From: Mobula hypostoma
Taxonomy: Eukaryota
Direction: 5' to 3'
NCBI RefSeq assembly: GCF_963921235.1
Contig: NC_086107.1
Location: forward strand, 97,590,001-97,654,000
DNA length: 64,000 nucleotides
The notes below the pieces were generated by a model. That model made no database searches, was not told where the DNA came from, and worked only from the letters and a program-made list of their open reading frames with translations. The first letter of the stretch is position 1; the number at the start of each line of letters is the position of its first letter. The translations under genes and the position numbers were made by a program. Positions 1-11,300 of the stretch are shown one piece after another.

Positions 1-190
1 CGTTGCCACAGGCGGCTGTGAAAGCCAAAGTCAGTGGGTATATTTAAGGTTGATAGGTTCTTGATTAGTCAGGGCATGAAGAGATACGGGGAGAAGACAG
101 ATTGGGGTTGAGAGGGAAATTGATCAGCCATGATGAAATGGCGGAGCAGACTCGATGGGGCTAATTCTGCTCCTGTATCTTATCTCACAG
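1..190 (+). mobile_element. CR1-type LINE 3' end
   Basis: Same 3' sequence (gcagactcgatggg...ctcctgtatcttat) as other CR1 ends in the window. Confidence 0.75.
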
Positions 191-309
191 GGAGAAAATG
201 GAGACTGCAGATAGCACCAGAGGTGAAGATTGAATCTGGGTCTCCAGAGCCAGCATTGTGATACTGCTGGCTCCTTTAGAGCTGCCCATTCAGTCCCGGT
301 GTCTTGCAC

Positions 310-1045
310 TTTCCCCGGAGATTAGAAATCACTTGGCCGCAGCAACGAATCTATTCAGTGGAGTTCTGCAGGTTACTCCCCTACCCCTATGTCCAGCCTC
401 CTTGCCGCTCTGACCACCGAACAGGAACAAACCTCATGCCAACATTTCCCCTCTCACTCACAGGCGGTGATTGACCCGCTTTGCTCCATTCAAACTACCT
501 TCACCTCTCGAACTGTGCTGATCTGACTCTTACCGGCCAGCATCCACCTGGGTATCCCTGCGTAGCGAAGGCTGCATCGGGTTGCCTTTCACCGGCTGAT
601 TACATCGAAACGGATACCCTCTCCCTCCTCATGTAATATCACAAGCATGCTGCTGTCACCGAAGATAGCGGTATTTGTGGACCTCACAGCCCTTCTGCCT
701 GTGCAGACTAAAACGTCGACAACACCCGAGATTGCAGATGCTGTAAACATTAGGCACTTGAACCTGTGGGATAACTTCACTTGCCCATCACTGAACTGTT
801 CCTACAACTATGCACTCACATTCAAGGACTCTTAATGTCAATTTCTCAATATTTACTTACTGCTTTCTTTCCTTTTGTATTTGCTGTTTGTTGTCTTTTG
901 CACACTGCCTGCTTGTCCATCCTGTTGGGCATGATTCTATTATGGCTCTTAGATTTGCTGAATACGACCTAAAGCAAACAAATCTCAGGATAGTACATGG
1001 TGGCATATACGCCCTTTGATCATAAGTTTATTTTGACCTTTGGAA
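310..1045. mobile_element. Degenerate Rex1/Babar-like LINE fragments
   Basis: 3'-type segment 790-1045 recurs at 63225-63530; decayed RT-like fragments. Confidence 0.45.
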
Positions 1046-1099
1046 TCTGCAGGAACAAAACAAGATGCTGGAGGCGGGTCAGTCTCCAGCTACTTCCTT

Positions 1100-1343
1100 G
1101 CACAGGAGGTAGAGCCGCTGCCGATTTGATCCCGACCTCCGGTGCCGTCCGTGTGGAATTTGCGCGTTCACCTCTAATCCCGGGTGCTCCCGTTTCCTCG
1201 CACCTTCCTAAAGACTTGCGGGTTGCTGTGAATCCCTCCCTCCGCCCCCTATATATATATGAGAAGTTGTTGGGGCTGTGGGAGAGGTTACAGGAGAATC
1301 GGACTGATGTGATTGTTCAGAAAGCTGACACAGACTCAATGCG
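1100..1343 (+). mobile_element. HE1/V-SINE-like SINE, host of the LINE insertion
   Basis: gtggaatttgc..cgggtgctcc.gtttcctc.cac..aaagac core with a CR1-like tail; related copy at about 20770-21015. Confidence 0.55.
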
Positions 1344-1353
1344 CCGAACGTGT

Positions 1354-4300
1354 CTGTCTGTCTGTCTGTATCTTGTTTTACAACGGTTGGCATCCAGCTT
1401 AATGGTGCATTACCGCCACCCTCTGCTCCAGAATGTGCACTAGACATACATTCTAAATCCCTTCACCCAATCACACACACAAACCTACACTTCACCCTCC
1501 CATCTTTGACCATCCCAGTATCCTATTCCTGTTTATTCGTCATATTCTATAAAAAACCCCTGTACCCCTTAAAAACGCTAAAAATACCCGGACTTGTGCT
1601 CTCTCACCCATGCCCAGCAACCCTTTTAATGTGAATTCCTGCATCCCCAACTCCCTTAGTTTAATTCTCATCATCTCTCTCTATATCCCATACTTCCTGC
1701 AACTCAGAACTACATGTTCTACTGACTCCTCTTCCTGACATTCCTCACACAATCCTGTCTGGTGTTTCCCTATCATTTTCGATGTTTTGTTTAATGCACA
1801 GTGTCCCAGCCTTAACCTAGTCCACACAGTCTCCTCTCTTCTGTTTCCATTACTTACCCTAGTAACTGCAACACTCTTTTGTATTTGATATAGATGCCTC
1901 CTTTTCCCCTCCCTGTCCCATCTTTCTTGCCACATTCGGTTGACTTTTTCCCAGATCACACACTTAACCTCTGCTTTACTGATACTAATGTGCATTTCCA
2001 CATTTTCTTTCCTTAATGCCCTCTTTGCCAACTCATCCACCCTCTCATTCCCCTTCACCCCTACATGTGCTGGAACCCATAGAAATTTTACCTGACCTCC
2101 CTGATTTGCAATTCTTGTAACTAACTGAAGGACTTCATAAAGTACATCTTGCCGACTGTTTGTGTGAAAAGACCTTAAACTTGCTAGAACTGAGGATGAA
2201 TCTGAACATATCAATGCTTTGGATGGTCTGGCTTTCTGCACCCATTGCAACGCAACCAACACTGCCAGCATCTCCACTGTAAACACCCCTAACTTATTAG
2301 ATGTTCTTCTGCTGATTCCAATTTCTTTTGCTGGTATTACCACCCCAAACCCTGTCACTCCTGTTTCAGGTTCCTTCGCACCATCTGTATAAATGTGAGT
2401 ATAATCACTATACTTTTCCATCACATGACAGTTAAATGCATTTACCAAATCTGTTTTATATCTTTCTTTCCTTTTTACCTCTAACAAATGCCAGTCTATG
2501 TCAGGCCATACAAGTTTCCATGGAGCTACAACCGGATAAACTACTGAAGGACTTATCCTCAGATCAAACACTCCACATTCTTTCGCGATATCATTCACTA
2601 CCCGACTAAAGGTATCCCTCTGAAACCTCCCATTTTCCCAGCACTCCTGCAACACTCCTTTAGTAGGGTGAGAATCATTGTGCCCCTGCAAGTTAGCCCA
2701 GTAGTTTGCCATCAGTTGCATCCTTCTTAGTTCCAAAGGCATTATTCCCATTTCTACCTGTAGGGCTGACACCGGTGACGTTTTAAAAGCCCCACTGCAC
2801 ACTCTCAAGGCCTGAGCCTGAATCACATCCAGTTTCCTTATAAGAGACCTAGCTGCCAATCCATATACTATATTTCCATAATCCAGTACAGATCTTACTA
2901 AAGCCACATACATTCTCTTCAAAGCTGAACAACTTGCTCCCCATTCCCTACCAGTCAAACATCTCATCACATTTATTACTTTTTTACATTTCTCCTCAAC
3001 TTTCCTGATATGGTCTGCCCATGTTAATCGTGAATCAAATATAACTCCCAGAAATTTAAATGATGCAACCCTTTCTAATTCAACCCCATACATCCTTAAC
3101 TTCTTCCCTACCTCAACCCTTTTCCTGGTAAAAAATACAGTTTGAGTTTTATCTACTGAAAATCTACATCCCCAATCATAACCCCACTCCACCACTTCAT
3201 CAATTGCTTCTTGTAGTTTCCTGATTATATAGTCCATGTTCCTGCCTCTTTTCCACAAGGCCCCATCATCCGCAAACAGTGACCTACCTATATCCACTGG
3301 TACCTTTGTGAAGACATCATTGATCATAATCATGAAAAGTAATGGGCTAATCACACTACCTTGAGGTGTGCCATTTTCCACTATGTACTGTTTTGATAAT
3401 TCTGATCCAATCCGAACTTGAATTTTTCTACCAAACAAAAAATCTTTAATCCAATTAAAAACTCTCCCACCAACCCCCATCTTGTGCAGTTTAATTAATA
3501 ATCCTTCCTTCCACATCATATCATAGGCTTTTTCAATGTCAAAGAACACTGCCACTACTGACTCTCTATTTGCCTGGGCCTTCCTTATTTCAGTCTCTAA
3601 CATAATCACTGAGTCCATGGAATTCCTTTCCTTTCTAAAACCACTCTGATAACTTGCCAGCATTCCCCTTTTCTCAAGCTCATATGATAACCTTTCTGTT
3701 ATCATCCTTTCCATTATCTTACATATACTTGATGTTAATGCAATTGGTCTGTAGCTAGTGGGTTTTGACAGATCCTTGCCAGGCTTCCTTATTGGAATTA
3801 CTACTGCTTCTTTCCATGCACTTGGTAATCTTCCCTCCTCCCACACTCTGTTATAAAAATGCAGCAACTTCAAGAGCGCTCCTTCTCCTAGATTTTTTAG
3901 CATCACAGGGCATATCAGATCTTTCCCTGGGGAGGTTGGTCTCGATCTCTTTATTGCTCTCACCATTTCTGCTAATGTAAATGGATCATCAATTATATCA
4001 TCTGTTCCTTCCCTACTGCTTAACACACCTGGGTGTTGGCTCACTATTCTTTCCCTTCTTCTTCTCCCTTCTTCAGACAAATTTTCTGAACTGTGTATCA
4101 GTACAAATGACTTGGCCATGACCTCAGCCTTATCCCTACTGGAGACTGCAGTTTCCTCCTCAGATATCATTACTGGATATTCCCATTCCCTTCTATCTCC
4201 TCCCATCCTCTTAATCATTCCCCATATCTCTCCCACAGGTGTTGTTCTTCCTACCTTGTTGCAAAAACTCCTCCAACTTGCCCTTTTAGCTTGACGTATA

Positions 4301-4990
4301 GTTCTTCTCACCACTGCCTGTGCTTTCTTATATTGAACCAAATGCTGCATATTATGGGTTCTTTTAACTAGCCTGAATGCTCTATTTCTGTTTTTTACAG
4401 CCTGACAACATTCCTCTGTCCACCATGGTACCAGTTTTCTATTCATCCTATTTTTACTCCTAGGTATATATCCTTCTGCTGCCATGATAATTGCTGAAGT
4501 CACCTGACTGTTTAATTCATCTACATTTCCAGAAATATCAATCTTTGTCAACCCTTCTTCACTCAACTTCTGGAACTTACCCCAATCAGCTTTTTCAAAC
4601 ACCCACTTTGGGGTTCCGCCACCTGGTCTTACTTCAACTCTTTCACCCACTGAACACAAAACTGGGTAGTGATCACTGCCTACTGTTGAAGCAGTCCAAA
4701 CTCCCCAGTTACTAATGCCAGCCAAGGTATTAGACACTAACGTAATATCTAACACTGACTCAGTTCCTGTTGTTATATCTATCCTTGTGCCGCTACCATC
4801 ATTCATACACACCAAATCCCTTTCTTCCATCAAATCTTCAATTACCTTTCCATTTGGATCTGTAATCTGATCCCCCCATATTGTGCTATGAGCATTGAAA
4901 TCTGCACACCACAGTACTTTATGTCTGTTTTGTCCTTGTATCTTAAATAGGCTGTCCAAATCCAACCTTTTACATGGATTGTAGTATGCT
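1354..4990 (-). mobile_element. 5'-truncated I/Nimb-type non-LTR retrotransposon (partial APE, RT, RNase H, CCHC) with (ACAG)n tail and 10-bp TSD
   Basis: ORF motifs ADFNAH and SDH (APE C-half), YRPIALTS, GTPQGS, LFADD (RT), YTDG..SDS..WVPAHVGVKGNERVD (RNase H), CEEC..H..C. TSD CCGAACGTGT at 1344-1353 and 4991-5000. 3' end GGTGGCGGTAATGCACC...(ACAG)n. Confidence 0.93.
1540..4990 (-). pseudogene. ORF2 of the I/Nimb-type LINE; open except for one TAG at 1681-1683
   Basis: The 1135-aa track ORF continues past the TAG for 46 aa to FLRGTGVFYRI* (TGA at 1540-1542). Confidence 0.85.
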
Positions 4991-5070
4991 CCGAACGTGT
5001 TCCAGTAGGATGCAATAAGAATCGAGGTGAATGAACTCTCCCCTCTCACCTCTCCCGCCAGACCATTGAG

Positions 5071-5205
5071 TGACGTTTTATTGACCAATTATAGGCACTC
5101 GGAAATAGAATTCGCTGACTGTCCCACGGGCAGGGGCGTGGCTTAGTTCCTTAGCCAATTGGAAGCGAAGGCTTGTGTAGCAATTTCGGGGCGCGGCCAA
5201 TTAGG
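5071..5205 (+). promoter_or_regulatory. SLC25A17 proximal promoter: CRE-like TGACGT, three CCAAT boxes, Sp/KLF GC box
   Basis: TGACGT at 5071; CCAAT at 5085, 5155 (palindromic CCAATTGG) and 5197; GGGGCGTGGC at 5133-5142; CpG-rich, no obvious TATA box, just upstream of the ATG. Confidence 0.75.
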
Positions 5206-5271
5206 CGGTGTTGATGCTTGCAGTCTCCAGCTGGGTGCGAGTGGAGAGGTTCTGGGGAGTGTTACCGGCTG

Positions 5272-5361
5272 ATGGGCGAGAAGATGCGAGAGGGCACCGG
5301 GCCACTGGTGGCCCACGTCCTAAATTACGAGAGCTTGGTGCACGCCGTGGCCGGGGCTACG
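5272..5361 (+). CDS. SLC25A17: SLC25A17 coding exon 1 ([30 protein letters not shown])
   Basis: ATG at 5272 (second in-frame ATG at 5284); donor ACG|GTAAGT at 5362; 90 nt. Confidence 0.92.
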
Positions 5362-8300
5362 GTAAGTTCGCCGGGTCCCCGGAACAAATGCCGCCCCTTC
5401 CTTCCCCTTTAATCCATCCCGATCTCCTTCGCCACCAGCTTGGCGTGAGTTAGACGGGGGCTGAATGTTTTGTGAACGTAAGTGATAGATAAATATTCAT
5501 GAAGAAAGGCAGTAATGTGTTGAAGTGGTGCAGAACGTAGAACAGTACGGGTGCTTCGTTGTGCCGACCTTGTAACCTGTTCTACGATCTCTTTCCTCTT
5601 ACGCAACCCATAACCCTCAGTTTGGAAACGTATGTAAAGGATGGAAAGTTATTGAATGGTTTATTGCATATAATTTTATTTTTGAATAAAGTATGAAATA
5701 TGAAAGTTTGAAATAAAAAAAACCCATAACCCTCCGTATGCCTTCTGAGAATCTCTCAACTGTCCCTAATGTATTAACCTCTGCCACCGCCCCCGGCAGT
5801 GCGTTCCAGGAACTCACCACACTCTGTATAACAACAAAAAAACTACCTCTGACATCTGCCCTAAACTTAGCCCTACTCACCTTGGAAGGATGTCCTCTAG
5901 TATTAGTCGTTGCTGCCCTGGGGGAACGTTCATGGGAAGGCGTTGGTTGTCCACTCTGTGTCTCCCATGATCTATACTCCTCCTATCCTCTGTCCCCCTA
6001 GCTCGCTCAATCTTTCCTCATAAAATATATTCTGTAATCCAGGTAAATCTCCTCTGCACCTTCTCTGAAGTGGCCACATCCTTCCCATAATGAGGTGACC
6101 AGAAATTAACCCAATACTCCAAGTGTGTTCTAACCAGAGTTTTATAGAGCTGCGACATGAGCTCATGTTCTCAACTAACGAAGGCCAACTCTGTCAGGAC
6201 ACCACTAGCTGTCTGCAGCCTGATTATCCCTCCTTCTCCTTCCTCTTCCACTTCCTCATCCAAGTTGTGGGGCTCCAGAGCAGATCCTCACAGAATGCCA
6301 CTGATCACTGACCTCTAGACAGATTACATCCATCTTCTATCATCTTCTGCCTTCTGTGGGCAAGACAATTCCAAATCCTGGGATCCTCCTGTGCCTCATG
6401 ACTTGCTGCATGAGCCTTTCATGGGGAGCCTTGTCAAATGCCTTACTAAAATCCATGAATGCTGATCCTTCAAGTTGTTTTGTCAGTTCCTGGGGAATAA
6501 GTCCATCAGGCCCACGAGGCACAACCTGCCCCTCACAGAGACACGAAGACTATCCCTAATCATACCACCTTCTCCAAATGCTCATAAATCCTGTCCTTAA
6601 GAATCACTTCCATCAGTTTACCCATGGCTGATGTAAAACTGGTTTATAATTCCGGAGATTATCCCTATTACTTTTCTTGAACAAAGGAACAATATTTGCC
6701 ATCCTCTGATCCTCTGGTACCAGCAATCTCTTCTCTTGCTTTCCGTAGTCACCAGGAATATATCCTGTCCAGCCCCAGGGACTTGTCTATCCTGATGTTT
6801 TTCAGAAGCTCCAATGTGGCCTCTTTCTTAACCTCAACGTGCACCAGTAGGGGGTGACCTTAGTGCCGTGTACAGTCAATGGGGCAGGTAGTGAGGACCT
6901 CCTCCCCATTATTAGGGGTCTAAGGGGAGGGGTGGGAGCTTAGAGGGGATGAATAACTTTTTCAACGAGTGTGGTAGTTGTCCGACCTTACTGCCGTGGT
7001 GAGTGGTGGAGGCAGAGACTTGCAACATCTATGAGGGTTGGCATTCAAGGTGAGAGGGGGTAAGTACAAAGGAGATGTGATTGGCAAATGTTCTGTTCAG
7101 AGAGTGGCGGGTGATTAGCATGTACTGCCTGGAGTGGTGGGAGAGGACAATACATTAGGAACTTTAAAGAGATGCACATGGATGTGAGAAAAATGGAAGG
7201 ATGTGGGCATTGTGCAGGCAGAAGGGATTAGTTTAGTTGGCTATTTGATTACTAACTTAATTGGTGCGGCACAGGATTTTGTGGGCCGAGGGCCTGTTCC
7301 TGTGCAGCACTGTTCTATGTTCTATTTGAGCATTTGCAAAGCACCCTGAAGCATTATTGGACTGCAGGAGGCTTGTTCCTGGGCTGGCTACTGGATAATG
7401 GGATTTTTGTAGGTGGCTGGCATGGGTTTGGCGGACCAAAGGGCCTGTTTCTATGCTGTATGGTTACAAAGTGGATGGTTAATTTGTAGAACATGCACGG
7501 CTGTCTGGTTATTGGCTGCTGTTCTTGCTTTGGTTCAGTTATTGGTCTGTTTTTCACAGACAAAGCAGATCCTGCTGGTATAACTGCCACATTATCTGGT
7601 CCCACCCTATCACAGATATTACCTTTTTCCCCCTCATCACCCACTTCTCCCCACTCCCACCATCTTCTCTATCACCTTGTTTTCTCTCCTTCCAGTCCTG
7701 GATCTGAAACGTTAGTTTTGTCTCTTGTCTCCACAGATGCTGCCCGACCTGCTGAGCATTTTCTAGTTTGGCTCAGGTTTCCAGCATCTGCGTTTTTTTT
7801 TTCTGTTGTTATTTTTATTTTCAGAGGCTGTTTAGGAGTGAGTTGAGTAGTTACTTGTCTTGGAGGATGGTGTGCCTGTGGAATTTTCTACCCTGCAGGA
7901 CTCAGTCAGTGACCGAGCAGAGACAGGTGGATATTTGGGGGTTAAAGGTCCTGAGTGATGTGGAGCTATCATTTCCAGTTATCTTGAACAGTGGAGGAGG
8001 CCAAGGTGTTGTACTCCAGGTCTCGTGGGAGCGGTGGGTCTGTCAGCCTCAGGTACAGGCTGATGAAAGAATATTCAACACACAATGAACCAGCCTTATC
8101 CGGAAGCTGCCCAGTCCCCAGCCCGGGTGTTGTTATGTGCTGATTATATCCAGTGCTTTCCCACAGGGAGCAAACTCCCACTGTGCGTGTGTGTGTGCGT
8201 GCACGCGCACACACACATGCACATGCCATGGGATAGCAGTTAGCCAGCTCACCATGAAGAGTTTCCCTTCATTTTAAAATGGTGAGGAAACCCAAGAGGG

Positions 8301-11300
8301 AGACAGCCTTGATTTAAGACTCTGTTGATACAGAAATATCAAAGAATAGGAGGAGGAGAAAACCATTTGACCCTTCAAGCCCACACCATTTTCCAACACG
8401 TTGTTGGCAGTCAGAGTTACGACTGGGCCAAGTAACAGAACTGAACCTTGTACTCGATGTTCTCTGTTCCAGTGAGGTAGGAAGGACAAGCCTTGGATGA
8501 TGAAAGAAGTTGGCCAATTGAGTTAAGAAACAATGGGAAGGTTTAGAAAGCAAAAAAGTCAAACAGCCTTTTGAAGATTTGTACTCCAGGGAGCGCGAGG
8601 TGCAGAATCAAATATCGCTGTGATGATTGTACGTTCTAGTATCAATTGTTTGGCGACAATAGGGTATAAAAGTATAAGTATAAGATTACAAAAGAAGCCA
8701 AAGGAAACACTCAAGGGAATTAGGTGAGCCAGGAGGGGCAGTGAAAGGTCCTAGTAGGATTAAAGAGAATCCCAGGGCGTAAATCAAGAGCAAGGGGATA
8801 ACTATGGTGAAGGCAGGGCCGCTCAGGGATAAGGGAGAGGTGTATGTGCATGGAGGAGAGGGAAGTGGAAGGGGGCCCTGAATGAGTACTTTGCATCAGT
8901 ATTTACCAAGGAGAAGGATGTGGAGGAAGGTGAGATCAGTGTGGAGTGCACTAATTTTGAGATAAAGAGCGAGTGTTGGGTCTCTTAACATTAAGGTGGA
9001 CAAAACCCCAGGGCCTGATGGGGTATGCCTGAGGTTAGAAACATAGAAAACCTACAGCACAATACAAGCCCTACTGTGCCGAACATGTATTTACCTTAGA
9101 AGTTACCATAGCCCTCTATTTTTCTAAGCTCCATGTATCTATCCAGGAGTCTCTTAAAAGTCTCTATCGTATCTGTCTCCACCACCATCGCCGGCGGCCC
9201 GTTCCACGCGCTCACCACTCTCTGCTTAAAAAATCTTGCCCCTGACATCTCCTCTGTACCTACTTCCAAGCACCTTAAAACTGTGCCCTCTCGTGCTAGC
9301 CATCTCAGCCCTGGGGGGGAGAAAAAGCTTCTGACTATCCACGTGATCAATGCCTCTCATTATCTTGTACACCTCTATCAGGTCAGCTCTCATCCAACGT
9401 CGCTCCAAAGAAAAAAGGCCGAGTTCACTCAACCTATTCTCATAAGACATGCTCCCCAAATCCAGGCAACATCCTTGCAAATCTCCTCTGCACCCTTTCT
9501 ATGGTTTCCATGTCCTTCCTGTTGTGAGGCTACCAGAACTGAGCACAGTACTCCCAAGTGGGGTCTGACCAGGGTCCTATATAGCTGCAACATTACCTCT
9601 CGCTTATTGAGAGAGGTCTGAGATGAGATTGCTGGGGCCTTGACCAGAATCTTTGTGTCCTCTAGCCACATGCGAGGTCCCAGAGGACTAGTGAGTAACT
9701 GTTGTTCCATTGTTTAAGAAGGGGAATAGGGGCAATCCTGGAAATGATTGTCCAGTGAGTCACACACATCTGTGGTAGGAAAGTTACTGGAAATGGGGCT
9801 TATGGGCATTTGGAAAACAATGTCCTTATTAAGGACAGTCATCATGGCTTTGTGCAGGGCAAGTTGTGTCCTGATTGAGTATTTCAAAGAGCTGCCAAGG
9901 GTGATTGACGAAGGTAGAACTGTGGATGTTGTCTACATGGATTTCAGTAAGGTGTTTAACAAGGTCCATCAGGGGAGGCTCATCCAGGAGATTAAGCTTA
10001 ATCGTCATTCAACCATACACATGAATACAGCCAAGCGAAATGGTGTTCCTCATGGGTCAAGTTGCAAACCACGTTACCAACAGCCACACGCAACACCTAT
10101 TGTTACGACAGCAGAAAGACATACACCAGGGGTCAGCAACCTTTTTGCCTCCGTGGGCCGGATCGCATATTAATGAGCTGGGGGTGGGCCAGATAAATGC
10201 CATAAAAAGCTTGAAATATGGGAATTATCCATTTAAATACATCTAGTTATGTTTTGCCTCAAATTAACGAAAAACGCATGTCAGAAGATCATTTGTACGT
10301 AACCAAGGATGAGAATTAGTAATCAAAGAACTCAGTTTAGTTGCGGTTTATTTCAATCAAGGAATCTTTTGAATCTATTAAAAGAACACAAAGAATCTTT
10401 AAACATAAAATGTTTTTATTAAATTAAATGATGCATTTAATGATGGTAAATTAAGTATAATAAAAAGAAAATTTTAACGCAAACAGTCGATAAATCAATG
10501 TCAAACTTGATGCTGTTTGTTGCTTGAAAGCTTCTCAATATTGGGTGTCAGACTTGTTGATGCCAAGAGCAAGACATTATCCAGATGGGCATCAGTCAAT
10601 CTTGTTCTCAAATGGTTCTTGGTGTGCTTCATTTTTGAAAATAATTGCTCACACTAATCAGTGCTGCAAACAATGTTGCCATCTTTTTTGCATGGTCCGC
10701 TAAGTTGGATGAATATACTTTCTATAGAAGTCAAGCACTGACACATCTTCAGAATGAAATTTCGATCTCAATATGTCGTCACACTGCATATCAATCAATT
10801 CCATTTGAAAAATTTCTGATGCAGTGTCCACTTTTTGAGACAATACGTTTTGAGACTTCGTAGGTGGCACGGGTATTTCCTTCATTTTCACTGCTTTTCT
10901 TGGCAAAAGCATGTTTGTTTTCCGAAACTAGCCTTCATTCGCTCAACTTCATCTTTCCTTGCTTGCCCAGTAAACTTGTTAAAATTTCCACTGTGGCGGG
11001 TTTCATAATGTCGCCTGATATTTGCCACCTTCTTCACATCACCATTTTCTGGAAAAATGAGACAAACTGTTTTCCCAGCTTGCTCGATGAAGAAGTAATC
11101 TAGTGTCCGAGTGTCTTGGAAATTTTGGGACTCAGTGTCTACCTTCCTGCGTTTTGCATTCATTTTTTTTTTCTTTGATTTTTTTTCGAAACACAAGTTA
11201 TTCAACAAGTATCGTAGCACATGTGTATATCTGGATATTTAGCATGGATTTCTTGTTAAAGCACAGTGACGCTGTTTCTGTTTACAAATTTGACAGATTC

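Noticed and set aside
4991..5088. N-terminal 33 aa of the 1135-aa track ORF
   Set aside because: Lies at or beyond the TSD in host promoter DNA and starts at TTG; it is not part of the element and not a credible start
8183..8225. Alternating purine-pyrimidine quasi-palindrome (GT)n/(AC)n
   Set aside because: Ordinary compound microsatellite; no evidence of function
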